From: Narcine bancroftii
Lineage: Eukaryota
Direction of reading: 5' to 3'
Assembly (NCBI RefSeq): GCF_036971445.1
Contig: NC_091471.1
Coordinates: forward strand, 331,018,001-331,082,000
DNA length: 64,000 nt
The notes below the pieces were generated by a model. The model had not been told where the DNA came from, made no database searches, and saw nothing but the letters and a program-made list of their open reading frames with translations. Of this stretch, positions 11,150-23,700 are shown piece after piece. A program made the position numbers and the translations under genes. Numbering within the stretch: the first letter of the stretch is position 1; each line of letters opens with the position of its first letter.

Positions 11150-13730
11150 GGGAGCCATTCAGCCCATTGAGTCTGGCCTGCCATTCTAATCCTAAGCTGA
11201 TCCATCCTCCCACTCTGCCCCCACTTCCCAGCCTTCTTCCCAGATGCCCTGGCTAATCAAGAACCGATCAGTCTCTGCCTTAAATGCACCCAATGATCCC
11301 GTGGCAACAAATTCCACAGATTCACCGCCCTCTGGCTGAAGAAAATCCTCCACATCTGTTCCCTTCAATCCTGAAGTCATGCCCTCTTGTCCTGGACACT
11401 CCCACCGTGGGGGAAACAATCTTTCCATATCAATTCTGTCCATGCCTTTCAATGTTCAAAATGTTTCAATGAGACTCCCCTCATTCTCCTAAATTCCATC
11501 GAGTTCAGTCCAAAAGCCGTCAAATGCTCCTCACACGGTAACCCTTTCATTACCTCTGGACCCTCTCCACTTCAGAACATCCTTTCTCCAACAAGGAGCC
11601 CAAACTGCTTATAACACTCCACGAGGCCTAGGTGTGATGGTGCATGGATCACAATATGGTAAGTTTGCAGGTGCGACAGTTCAGATGGGATGTTGGCCTT
11701 CATCACAGGAGTTGATCCAGCCCTCCTGTGGCATCACATTCCACAGTCTCTCCACCCTCTAGCTGAAGAAATTGTTCAAAGCAGATCCCCTTCAATCCAT
11801 TGGGTTGGTCAGTTTGTAGATGACAGTGCAGTCAGGGAATGCTCTCCGAGATGGCAGCACGGTGGGGGTGGGGGCGGGAAGAAGGGGTTTAACTGGGACC
11901 AAATGTGGGGTGCTGCACTTTGGGAGGTGAAACCAGGCCAGGATTCGCAGGTGAATGGGACAGCCCCGGGGTATCGTCTCATTTAGAAAATTGATGTTTG
12001 TCATTCCCAATGGTAGCAGAGTCAAGAGGGCAGGGCCTGGGTGGTGGGGAGGTCTTTGAAGATAGAGGCGGCTTTTTTAAGACTGCCTCATGTTGTCAAT
12101 GGAGTGAAGTCTGGTGCTCATGATGTTGCAGGCCAAGTTCACATCCCTCTGGGGTTTATTCCTGTCCTGAGAGTTGGTGCCTCCGTACCAGACAGTGATG
12201 CAACGGGCCAGAATGCTTTCCACCGTACACCTGTAGAAATTTACAAGAGTTTTTGGTGACATACCAAGTCTCAAACTCCTCATGAAGTACAGCAGCTGTC
12301 GAGCCTTCTTTGTGATTGCATCATTGTGGGTGGCTCCAGGACAGACCTTGGGAGATGTTGGCCCCAAGGAACTTGAAGTTCTTGATCCTTTCCACGACTG
12401 AGCCCTCAATTAGAACTGGTCCTAATTGAGAGTTACCAACTCTCAGGACAAGAATAAACTCCAGAGAATTGTTAACTCTGCTTGCAACATCATAGGCACC
12501 AGACTTCATCGATATGAGGTGGAGTCTTAAAAAAACAAGCCTCTGTCCTCAAAGACTCCCACCACCCCAGGCCAGGTCGTCTTCACTCTGTTCCCATCGG
12601 GAAAAAGTTACAGGAGCCTGAAGATGAGCATTCAGTGGCACAAGGACAGCTTCTTCCCCTCTGCCATCAGATTCCTGAATGATCAATGTATTAGACACTG
12701 CCTCACTTTCTCCAAGGAAAACTGATGCTGAAGAAACTCAGCAGGTAAAATATTGTCCTTCATGTAGCAAAGGTAAAGATACATCACCAATGTGTCTGGC
12801 TTGAGGCCTTCATCAGGGGACAAGCAAAATGTTGGCAGGCGCCCGAACCTCAATTTCTCTACTTTTGCACTAAATGTATGTTTTAAAGTAATTTATAGCA
12901 ATGTTTATACTTGTAAAAGATCATGAAACACGGCAGCCCAGGACCGGCCCTTTGAACCCTCAATGTTGTGCTGACCCATGTATTCCTTAAAAAAAAACTA
13001 ATCCCTCCTGTCCCTTAACCCTTTATTTTTCTTCCATCCACATGTCTGTCTCAGAGTCTCTTAAATGTTCCCAATGTTCCAGCCTCCATCACCAACCCTG
13101 TCAAGGCATTCCAGGCCCCCACAACTGTGTGTGTAAAAAAAAAAAAACAAAAAAAAAAAAACACCCCAAAACTTCCCTCCTTTCACTTTGTACAGACATC
13201 CTCTGATGTTTACTGATCCCGCCCTGGGAAACAGGCGCTGGCCATCCACCCTGCCTCTGCCTCTCAGAATCTCGTCGACCTCTATAAAGTCTCCTCTCAT
13301 CCTTCTATGTTCCAAAAAGAAAAGTTCCATCTTTGCTAACCTTGCCTCATGAGACATTTCCCAATCCAGACAACATCCTGGTCAATCTCTGCCCCCCCCC
13401 CCCCCCCCAGACCTTCCACATCCTTCCTGTAATGAGGTGACTAGAACAAAACACAATCCTCCAAGTGGGGTCTCACTAGAGATTTGTAGAGTTACAACAT
13501 GCCCTCTCAACTCCTAAACTCAATCCCCCCGACTAAATGAAGCCCAGCGTCCCGTAGTCCTTAACTATCCTATGAACCTGTCCAGCGACCAAGGTCTCTC
13601 TGTTCATCCACACGGTTAAGTATCCAACCATCAACCCTGTACTTAGCCTTCTGGTTAGTCCTTCCAAAATGTATGACCTCATTCTGATCCAGATTAAACT
13701 CCATCTGCTACTTTTCTAACTCTGTTGTAA
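11150..13730. mobile_element. Cluster of CR1 fragments and two opposed Rex/Babar-like LINE 3' fragments (~11990-12710)
   Basis: AITKKARQLLYFMRSL..GMSPKTLVNFYRCTVESIL..CITVWYG (Rex-like); LEHRRMRGDFIEV (CR1). Confidence 0.75.
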
Positions 13731-13959
13731 AGAGCAATGAATTTCCAGCTGTTACGTTCTGAGCAAGGGCGCAAGAGCATGGATTTGTGCAGGTGATCAG
13801 GGTGGGTTAGCACAGAGCCGATGGGCTGAAGGGCATGCCCCATAACTTTCTGGAGTGGCTGCGCATTACGGAGCCGGATTCATTTGGGCCTCTGGCCACC
13901 CGAGGGTGCTCAGCTTTTTTGGTGTGCGGTTGGCGCTGCAGAGTTGTCCCCTACTTGGG

Positions 13960-14266
13960 CCGCCCGTCCAGTCGAGGGCGCGGTAATGACGGCTTATGAG
14001 TCCTCCCGGGCAGCCGCGGAGCTAAGACCTATGACGCATGCGCAATGGAAGTGGACGGGGTGATGCCGTGGCAAAGGCACGTCCGTGGTGCTGCCGTGGG
14101 CTAGGCGCATGCGCAGTGGAGGAGTGGGCGCTGTCGTGGCTCGTACGCATGTGCAGTGGTGGCGCCGGGGCGCTGCCGTGGTTGGAGTGCATGCGCGGTG
14201 CTGGCGGCCGGGTAGCCCGGCACAGGGGAGCCGGAGCGGCGGCGGAGAACGGCCCAAGGCCGAGGC
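13960..14266 (+). promoter_or_regulatory. SLC35A2 CpG-island promoter with 4 NRF1-type (GCGCATGCGCA-like) sites and an ETS GGAAGTG
   Basis: cgcatgcgca at 14035, gcgcatgcgca at 14105, cgcatgtgca at 14146, tgcatgcgcg at 14188; high CpG density. Confidence 0.7.
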
Positions 14267-14348
14267 ATGATTGCGGCCCAGAGGCTGAAGGAGAGAGGCG
14301 GCGACGGCGGCCGGGAGCCGAGCCAGGGCGCTGCTCACGGGATGACAG
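14267..14348 (+). CDS. SLC35A2: SLC35A2 putative first coding exon MIAAQRLKERGGDGGREPSQGAAHGMT
   Basis: ATG in a CpG island just after NRF1 motifs; the donor CAG|GTGGAG gives phase 1, matching exon 2. The peptide is not conserved, so this exon is inferred. Confidence 0.6.
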
Positions 14349-14359
14349 GTGGAGGAATA

Positions 14360-15092
14360 GTCGGGGGAGGTGTCAGGAGGTGATGGGGTCGGGGGGAGGT
14401 GAGGGGTCAGGGATGTAAGGGGTGAGGGTCGGGGGGAGATGAGGGGTCAAGGATGTAAGGGGTGAGGGACGGGGGAGGTGAGGGGTCAGGGATGTAAGGG
14501 ATAAGGGTCGGGGGGGAGATGTGGGATCGGGGAGAGGTGAGGGGTCAGGGATGTAAGGGGTGAGGGTTGGGGAGGTGAGGGGTCAGGGATGTAAGGGATA
14601 AGGGTCGGGGGGGAGATGTGGGGTCGGGGAGAGGTGAGGGGTCAGGGATGTAAGGGATAAGGGTCGGGGGGAGATGTGGGGTCGGGGAGAGGTGAGGGGT
14701 CAGGGATGTAAGGGGTGAGGGTTGGGTAGGTGAGGGGTCAGGGATGTAAGGGGTGAGGGTTGGGTAGGTGAGGGGTCAGGGATGTAAGGGGTGAGGGTTG
14801 GGTAGGTGAGGGGTCAGGGATGTAAGGGGTGAGGGTTGGGTAGGTGAGGGGTCAGGGATGTAAGGGTTGAGGGTTGGGTAGGTGAGGGGTCAGGGATGTA
14901 AGGGATAAGGGTCGGGGGGGAGATGTGGGGTCGGGGAGAGGTGAGGGGTCAGGGATGTAAGGGATAAGGGTCGGGGGGAGATGTGGGGTCGGGGAGAGGT
15001 GAGGGGTCAGGGATGTAAGGGGTGAGGGTTGGGTAGGTGAGGGGTCAGGGATGTAAGGGGTGAGGGTCGGGGGGAGATGAGGGGTGAGGTGA
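14360..15092. repeat. G-rich ~38 bp minisatellite (GGTGAGGGGTCAGGGATGTAAGGGGTGAGGGTTGGGTA) with variant units
   Basis: Tandem units at the start of SLC35A2 intron 1. Confidence 0.94.
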
Positions 15093-16024
15093 GGCGTCAG
15101 GTATTTGTGAGAACCAGGAAATCATTGGAATTTAGGAGAATGAAACATTTTGAACGTTGAAAGGTGTGGAGAGAGTAGATGTAGAAAAGTTGTTTACCAC
15201 AGTGGGAGAGTCTGGGACAAGAGGGCGCGACTTCAGGACTGAAGGAAGTCCGCTTAGAACAGAGACCTGGAGGAATTTCTTCAGCCAGAGGGTGGTGAAT
15301 CTGTGGAATTTGTTGCCATGGGCTGTTGCAAGAGAGAGGTTGACGGGAAGGGAGGGGGGCAGAGGGGGACGGGTGAAAGTGACGGGGACTGGTCCCAGTG
15401 CCTGGCCTTCGTGTGTCTGGGAAAGACAAGCTGGTACAGGGATGGGAGACAGTTGAGCAGCAATTTGGTGCTTGGGGACCAGCTGGACTCCATTTACCCT
15501 CCTTGGTGTGGGGTGGGTGGATTTTGGAGGGGGTGTGGGAGAGGTCTGAGCGAGCGGTCTGGTGTCAGCTGGCACATTGGTGACAGGAGGGTGTCCTGGG
15601 GATGGGCTGGGCAACTGATTGCACTGATGCTTCAGACTGGGAGGGTGGGGAGCTCCTGCAGAGAGTTCCCTCACTCCTAACAAGGCTGGAGGATGGCAGA
15701 CAGCCCTTCACGACAGAACCGCCTGCTCCTGACCTGCTCTTGCATCCCCCCTCATCGGATTTCTGCGATGGGAGTGCGTTTGAGGGGGGTCATGGAGACA
15801 ACTCTCAGTCTGGGTCTCACTTTACTCCGAATTGCCCTTTGAGAGAGGGCATGTCTTTCTGCCCAAACTGCCTGAATCCCCTGAGTTCTCTTAGTGGTTT
15901 GGATCTTGTTTTGCACCTATGGTTCTGAGGTTTCTCTCAGTTCAAATAATTTGTTGAGAAAACCAGTGGAACAGGTTCATCCAGATCATAAGATCTATTT
16001 CCAAAAGAAAAATATGACAGATCC

Positions 16025-16985
16025 AGCACAGAGTGAAGCTCCCTCCGCACCATTCCATCCCACACTCCCGGGGTCAGACCCAGAGTGAAGCTCCCTCCGC
16101 ACTGTCCAATCACACACACCCGGGTTCAGACCCAGAGTGAAGCTCCCTCCGCACCGTCCCATCACACACTCCCGGGTTCAGACCCAGAGTGAAGCTCCTT
16201 CCGCACTGTCCCATCACACACTCCTGGGTTCAGACCCAGAGTGAAGCTCCTTCCGCACCGTCCCATCACACATTCCCGGGTTCAGATACAGAGTGAAGCT
16301 CCCTCTGCACCGTCCCATCACACACTCCCGGGGTCAGACACAGAGTGAAGCTCCCTCTGCACCATTCCATCACACACACCCGGGGTCAAACCCAGCGTGA
16401 AGCTCCCTCCGCACCGTCCCATCACACACTTCCGGGTTCAGACCCAGAGAGGAGCTCCCTCCGCACCGTCCCATCACACATTCCTGGGGTCAGATACAGA
16501 GTGAAGCTTCCTCCGCACCATCCCATCACACACTCCCAAGGTCAGACCCAGCGTGAAGCTCCCACCGCACCGTCCCATCACACACTTCCGGGGTCAGACC
16601 CAGAGTGAAGCTCCCTCCGCACCATCCAGCCCACACTCCCGGGGTCAGACCCAGAGTGAAGCTCCCACTGCACCGTCCCATCACACACTCTTGGGGTCAG
16701 ACACGGATTGAAGCTCCCTCTGCACCGTCCCATCACACACTCCCGGGGTCAGACCCAGAGTGAAGCTCCCACCGCACCGTCCCATCACACACTTCCGGGG
16801 TCAGACCCAGAGTGAAGCTCCCTCCGCACCATCCAGCCCACACTCCCGGGGTCAGACCCAGAGTGAAGCTCCCACCGCACCGTCCCATCACACACTCTTG
16901 GGGTCAGACACGGATTGAAGCTCCCTCTGCACCGTCCCATCACACACTCCCGGGGTCAGACCCAGAGTGAAGCTCCCTCCGCACC
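16025..16985. repeat. 52-bp tandem repeat (CAGAGTGAAGCTCCCTCCGCACCGTCCCATCACACACTCCCGGGGTCAGACC); also at 37640-37720 and reverse complement at 52365-52700
   Basis: Period 52 (16081 to 16133); about 18 units. Confidence 0.95.
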
Positions 16986-17171
16986 AGGGGTTGAAGACGT
17001 TGTTGAAGGGGGTCAGACGATCCGAGCGTTACTGGGGGTGAGGGTGGGTGAATTCAACTTTGTGGTTGGTTGGGATATGATCCTGTGGAGTCGGCAGCGC
17101 AGTGTCTGTGTGTGAGTTGGGAAGCCCTGTATTTCTGCTCTGGTCCCTGATCGCTGTCTCTACACCCACAG

Positions 17172-17354
17172 TCAACAACAAACTGAAGTACTCATGCCTG
17201 GTGGTGCTGGTGTTGCAGAATGCCTCTGTCATCCTGTGTATCCGCTATGTACGGACGGTGCCTGGGGACCGTTTCTTCACCACGTCCGCAGTCGTGGCCG
17301 TTGAGGTGCTCAAGCTGTTCACCTGTCTGCTGTTACTGCTCATACAGAAGCGAG
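17172..17354 (+). CDS. SLC35A2: UDP-galactose transporter exon 2 (V)[35 protein letters not shown]...QKR
   Basis: cacag| ... |gtgagt; 183 bp; homologous to human [32 protein letters not shown]. Confidence 0.95.
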
Positions 17355-17361
17355 GTGAGTG

Positions 17362-17650
17362 GCTGTCCCACCCCCGCTGTCCCCAGACCCCCTCCCACCC
17401 CCGCTGTCCCTAGACCCCCTCCCAGCCCTGCTGTCCCCAGACCCCCTCCCACCCCCGCTGTCCACAGACCCCCTCCCATCCCTGCTGTCCCCAGATCCCC
17501 CACTCCCGCTGTCCCGACACCCCTCCCACCCCCGCTGTCCCCAGACCCTCTCCCACCCCCGCTGTCCCCAGACACCCTCCCACCCCCGCTGTCCCCAGAC
17601 ACCCTCCCACCCCCACTGTCCCCAGACCCCCTCCCACCCCCGCTGTCCCC
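17362..17650. repeat. ~27 bp minisatellite CCCCAGACCCCCTCCCACCCCCGCTGT, followed by a C-rich low-complexity intron
   Basis: Tandem units immediately after the SLC35A2 exon 2 donor. Confidence 0.9.
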
Positions 17651-18239
17651 CTTCCATTCCCCCTCCTACCACCCAGACCCTCCCCCATTGTCTCTGGGAC
17701 CCTCCTACCTCCTACCCTCCCAGACCTCTCCCACCACCCCCACCCTCCTATGCCCAAACCCTCCCAGACCCATCCCCCTCCTGGACCCCCTTTCCACCCT
17801 GCACTCTCTGGACCACCTCCTTTCCCCTCCCACCACACCTCTATCCTCCTGTACCCTCTCCCACCCCCACCTCAGATCCCCTCCTCCCCCCATCTTCTCG
17901 GATCCCGTCCTACCCCACCTACTCCCCCACACTTCCCGGACCCCCTCCAACCCCCTCACCCTCCCAGTCCTACCCCTCTCCTGGACCCCCTCCTACTCTC
18001 CCACCCTCCCAGACCCACCTCCTTCCCGGGCCTCCTCCTACCTCCCTCACCCTCCTGGACCCCCTCCCACCCTCCAGGACCCTCTCCTATCCCCCACCTC
18101 TCCAGACCCCTCCTACCCCCTCTCTTCCCAACCCCGTCAACCCCCACCTTCCCCCTCCTTCATCCCCCCCTCCTTGCTCCCCCTTGGCCTGTGTGTGTTC
18201 TCGACCCACCCCATCTCTCTTTCTCCCCCATCCGCCCAG

Positions 18240-18391
18240 GCAATGTGAAGGACCTCGCTATCCTTCTGTACGATAGCTTGGTCACGCAGTATGTGGACAC
18301 ATTGAAGATGGCCGTCCCCTCCCTCATCTACACCCTGCAGAATAACCTGCAGTACGTGGCCATCTCCAACCTCCCAGCTGCCACCTTCCAG
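18240..18391 (+). CDS. SLC35A2: SLC35A2 exon 3 [51 protein letters not shown]
   Basis: cccag| ... |gtgaga; 152 bp; the [26 protein letters not shown] motif is as in SLC35A2. Confidence 0.96.
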
Positions 18392-18905
18392 GTGAGATGT
18401 CAGCAGGTCTCTGCACAATTCGCACCCCAAATAACCCCATCCCCAGCTCCCACAGATAGGGATGAGTGTAGTAGAATGTTCGGGGGGTGTTACAGAGACA
18501 GGGAGGTGTGTGGAAGATAGGAGGGGGTGACAGAGACAGGGAGGGGTGTAGGGGACCAGAGGGGGGGGTTACAGAGACAGGAAGGGGTGTAGTGGACTGG
18601 AGGGGGGGGTTACAGAGACAGGGAGGGGTGTAGGGGACCAGAGAGGGGGGGCGTTACAGAGACAGGAAAGGGTGTAGTGGACCGGAGGGGGGGGGGAGGG
18701 GGGTTACAGAGACGAGGGGTTTAGGGGACCGAAGGGGGACTGGAGGGGTTTACAGAGACAGGGAGGGGTTTTTGAAGATCAGGATTCCCTGCTCTGCCCC
18801 CATTCATCCCTCTCAGAGCTGGGACACGGATGCCAAAGTCCCTGTGACCCTTCCCCCAGCCTGGGGACCCCATCCCTCAGCATGTCTCTGCTCCCTCCTT
18901 GCCAG

Positions 18906-19571
18906 GTGCTGTACCAGTTCAAGATCTTCACCACCGCCATCTTCTCAGTCTTGATGCTGAGGAAGTCCCTGAGCCGGCTGCAGTGGGTGTCGCTGGTGCT
19001 CCTGTTTGTGGGCATTGCCATCGTTCAGGTGACGCAAGAAGGCAGTACTGGGCAGGACCGAGTCCCCGGCCAGAACTACCTGGTTGGGCTGATTGCTGTG
19101 CTGGTCTCCTGCGTGTCCTCTGGCTTCGCTGGCGTCTACTTCGAGCGCATCCTGAAGGGCTCATCAGCCTCCATCTGGCTGCGGAATGTTCAGTTGGGGA
19201 TCTTTGGGACCTTGCTAGGGTTGGGGGCCATGTTCTCCAAGGAAGGCCCAGCCATTATGGAGAAGGGCTTCTTCTTCGCCTACACACCCATGGTTTGGAC
19301 TGTGGTCTTCAACCAGGCCCTGGGAGGGCTGCTGGTGGCCATGGTGGTCAAGTACGCTGATAACATCCTGAAGGGCTTCGCCGCCTCCGTCTCCATCATC
19401 GTCTCCACCGTGGCCTCTGTCCAGCTCTTTGGCTTCCACACCGACCTGTCCTTCACACTGGGAGCCGGCCTTGTCATCTCCGCCGTCTACATGTACAGTC
19501 TGCCCAGGACCAACCCTGACGCCAGCCCCGGTCAGATGTCCAGCCTGGGTGGCACCAAGTTAGTGGGCTAG
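18906..19571 (+). CDS. SLC35A2: SLC35A2 large exon [18 protein letters not shown]...[13 protein letters not shown]...[12 protein letters not shown]...TKLVG*
   Basis: gccag| acceptor; nucleotide-sugar transporter transmembrane motifs; stop TAG at 19569-19571; AATAAA at 20781. Confidence 0.95.
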   Translation: MLYQFKIFTTAIFSVLMLRKSLSRLQWVSLVLLFVGIAIVQVTQEGSTGQDRVPGQNYLVGLIAVLVSCVSSGFAGVYFERILKGSSASIWLRNVQLGIFGTLLGLGAMFSKEGPAIMEKGFFFAYTPMVWTVVFNQALGGLLVAMVVKYADNILKGFAASVSIIVSTVASVQLFGFHTDLSFTLGAGLVISAVYMYSLPRTNPDASPGQMSSLGGTKLVG

Positions 19572-20712
19572 TGACAGCTCGCCAATCCACTCGGTGGCTC
19601 GGTTCCCCCCTTTCCAGGCCTCCCCTCCCTCTCTCTCTTCATCCCTCTCTCCCCCACTCCTTCATCCCCTCTCTCCCTCCCTATCTTCATCCCTCCCCCT
19701 GCATCCCCCTCCTCCTCCTCCATTTCCTTTCCCCCACCTATTCACCCTTCCCCTCCCTGCTACATCCTCTAGCCCACCCCATCCCGTTGACATGAGGCTG
19801 ATGTTCAGACCATGAGGGATTTGTTGGGGGAATCGCTGGGATGTCTGTCACAGCAGGAGGATGAATCACCTGTGGCTGGCTGCAGTGAAAGGCTGGTGTT
19901 TTGAGGGAGCTTTTGGGAGTGGGACGGGTCCCTCACACACTGTCTCACACAGGATGGGTCCCACACACACATTGACCCTCACTAGGGGATGGGTCCCGCA
20001 CACACACTGACCCTCACTGGGAGACAGTTCCCACACACACTGACCCTCACTGGGGGAGGGGTCCCACACACACTGGCCCATCCTGCAGCCCTGACCTGCA
20101 GTGTCGGCCCCCTCTACCCTCTGTGTATTCATTCCTGTGAGGCAGCTGGAACCCTTCCACACCAGGTTGAACATTAATTGTTTGTTTGTGCGTTCAGGAT
20201 GTTGACTGGTCTCCCCACCCACCCCCCCCCCCCCCCAGTAATAAGGGCAGGGTTGGCCACACTTTGTGATCTTTAGTGAATGTGAACAGATGGACCTCCG
20301 TGTTCTGCTGCTGGAGTGAGGACAGCGAGACTGGTGGAGTGCAGGGGCATCCTGCTTCCCCCCACTGCCAGCCCCAACGGAGGACCCGAGGGCATTCCTG
20401 CACCCCCTGTGAGCAAGTCGGGGGAGGCTGGTGGGGGGAGAAGGTTGCGGCTGGTGTGGGTTGGAGGCTCAGGGGCTGGGACTCGGAGCAGACGTGATGT
20501 GGTAGTGGGTAGTAAATAAGCTGGTGGTGGGTCGCAGTGGATAGAATTGTTCCCTCAGCTCCAAGGTGGTACGGACTGAGGGAATGGGTTTGTTTAGAAA
20601 TTTTTGGGGGTAAATATAAAGAAGATAATTTTTTTTAATATATTTTTTTGATATTTCCTTTTAGCAACATGAAGCAGTCATTGATTGAGACTATATATAA
20701 ATATATATACAT

Positions 20713-20746
<34 letters not shown>

Positions 20747-23700
20747 GTCTATAAAGTCGCTGTACGCATTGATTTTGCACAATAAAATTCTCATCTTTTC
20801 TCTGCTTCCTGTGTAGTGTTTGAGGCCTCGTTGGGTCAAACAAAAGAACCCTCCCCCAATCCTTTTGTTGGGGCACCCTCGTCCAGTCCACCCCCGCACC
20901 CTAGCTTCAAAGCCCCTCTGAAACCAGTGAGCATGGGGATTCTCTCTCATGGAGCTGCTGGAAGCAGTGGGTAGAGAGAGAGAGCAGGGACTGACTCACC
21001 TCTCTCCTACCCACCCCACAAGGAGGAGAAGGAGGGAGCGCTTGCACCCTGATGCCTTGGCGGGGAGATAGAGTGCTGAGGCAGGAGTTTTGGTGCCCGT
21101 TTCAAAGGTGGTGGCTTTACCCACAATCCTGGGTGGCCCAGAAATCCCTGCATCCCACAGCCTGCTCCACGGCAGTGGGGCTATATGAGGAATCTGTATG
21201 TTCCCTCTAAGGTTGCATGTCTCCCCCCCCCCCAACCCATGGGTGCTCCCGTTTCCTCCCACCCCCTAACAATGTGTATGTCAGGGAATTCATTCAGACG
21301 GACCACACGGTGACGAGCATGTGCCACCCAATTCACCTCCAATCCCACTGGGGAGAGGGGGAAACCCCATGCAGACACGGGCGAAAACCTTGGGCGCTGG
21401 GCTGCAGGCGATGGAATCTGATCAGGAGGATTGGTGGGCAGATAGGAACAATGAGGGGAGGTAAGAACAACAGGAGCAGGAGTGGGCCATCGAGCCCTGC
21501 TCCACCATTCAATGAGATCATGGCTGATCTGATGATCATCTCCACTCACCTGCCTTTTTCACATATCCTTTAATTCCCTGATGATGTAAAAATCTATCAA
21601 CCTTGTTTTATATATATTTACTAAGGCTGCCTCCACTGCTTCAATAGTGAATTTCACAGATTCGCCACCCTCTGGGAAAAGCATCTCTGTCCTAAATCTA
21701 CTCCCCTGTATCTTGAGGTGATGTCCCCTCGTTCTGGTCTCCCCCACCAATGGGAACAACTTACCCACCTCTATCTGATCCACACCTTTCATCATTTTAT
21801 ATGTTTCTGTAAGATCCCTCTCATTCTCGTAAATTCCAGCGAATCCAGTCCCAGACGTCTCAATCTCTCCTCATAGGTCAACCCCCTCATCCCTGGAATC
21901 CTCTGTATCACCTCCAAAGCCAGAACATCCTTCAAGTCAGGAGACCAGACTGCACCCAGTTCTCCTCACCAGGACCTTGTACAGTTGCAACTAAACCTCC
22001 CAGCTCCTAAACTTAAACTCTGCAGCAATGAAGGCCAACGTCCCATTTGCCTTCTCGACAGCCTGCTGCACCGGCATTCCCGTCCTTCTGCCTGACAGCA
22101 GGCTGCAATCGCTTCTCATTTAAATAATAATTCGATCTTCCATTCTTCCTTCCAAAGTGGATAGGAGGGAAAGAGAGAGGACCTGATTGGTGTGGATCCC
22201 ATGGGCTGGTTTAACTTCCTGATGTACCTGAGGCACCTTGTGGGTTCCCCAGCTGGGCCTCTGTGGTCATGGGAAGCATTTGGGTGAGTCGGTGGTGGAT
22301 GGGAAGGCTTGGCTTCACTGGGCGAGTGAGAATGAGTTAACACAGCTGCACGAAACCTCATCCCTGGCCACATGTTGTACAATTCCGGTCTCATGAAAGG
22401 AAAGGGTTTGCCCAGTTGGAAGGTGAGAGTTGGACACGCAGGTTCTTTGGAGCGTCAGGGGGCCCTGAGAGGTTTGTGCATTTGTGAGAGGAATTGATTG
22501 GACAGACATGCTCCTTCCCCCTCAGGATGAAAGTGTCACACACGAGGGCAGGCAGTGGGGCTGGGTGGGAGAATGGATTGATTAAATGGTGGGGCGGACT
22601 CAATGGGCAGAATAGCTTATTTCCGCTCCTATATCTCATGGTCTCACAGTCTTTTTGGAGAGAAGGGTCTGTCCCTGTGCTGCTCTCTTCGAGGGGTACA
22701 GTGGCTGTGAGGGGGACAATTCTGATTGAAGGTGGCAGGCTGAGTGGCGCACACCTGTCACAACCTGTTCCCCACCCACTGTTGAGGGTGGCGCTGAACT
22801 GGCCTTCTCTGAAGGGAAGGCACGGTGTAAGTGAGGCTGGGCAATGGGCTGGCACCTCTGAGCTTGGTGACCTCTCCCTGGTGGGAAGGCTGTTCAATAG
22901 TGTCGGTGTTACCCACAATCGTCGGTGTTCCAGAATCCCCTCTATTTCACCCCTATCCTGGGGAGTTGAGTAGTCATTGGCTTGAGCCTGTGTCTAAGCC
23001 CTTGATGCCAGCACTAGCTGTGCGGCTCCTGAACTCTGCAGGAAGACCGGATTCTGTGGAGGAACGGTGGGACCTTTGGGCTCAGTCCATGGACCCCTCA
23101 AAGTTGCTGCACCAGTTGGTCAGGTGTGTTGGCCTTCATTAGTCACAGTATTGAGTTCAAGAGGGGTGAGATCATGTCACAGCTCAAAGAAACTCTGGTT
23201 AAACCACATAGAGTAATCAAGATTATTTTACTGTCATGTGATAGAACAGAAAATGTGATATTACATGGAATTTCCTTCAGTCTACTGTAAGGCAGACAAA
23301 GATTTGCCATCAGCAGAAATTATCCAGAGCCCTTTACAGCCAGAGAAAGAGAAGTAAAAAAGAGTCCCCTCCGAGTCACCGAGCGTCCGTGGATTCACCT
23401 CCAGCGCTCCCGCAGCCTCCTGCCACACAGCCAAACCATCAGCATCCCAAGCTCCAGGTATACACCTCTGACACAATCAAGAAGCCTCCGGCACCCTCTC
23501 ACATCCTGCTACTAATACCTGGTACTCCTTCAGACCAGTCTCAAGCAGTCTCCGGCAGTCTGCTGCCCGGTGTGAGTCCCTTGACTGCAGTCGCCTGCAT
23601 CCTATGTGGTTTCCTCATCTTGAGTCACCAACAGCCCCGACTCCTGTGTGTTCTTCATCCTCAGAGCCCCTCACTGGTCTGACGCCATGGTCACCATCCC

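Noticed and set aside
8794-13950. PIM2 expected between OTUD5 and SLC35A2
   Set aside because: No kinase motifs found; the interval is accounted for by UTR, Tc1 and LINE fragments.
16025-16985. Regular array resembling CRISPR
   Set aside because: Units are contiguous with no unique spacers, the context is a vertebrate intron, and there are no cas genes.
17220-18520. Long Pro-rich ORFs (342, 305 and 256 aa)
   Set aside because: C-rich SLC35A2 intron 2; only 18240-18391 is a real exon.
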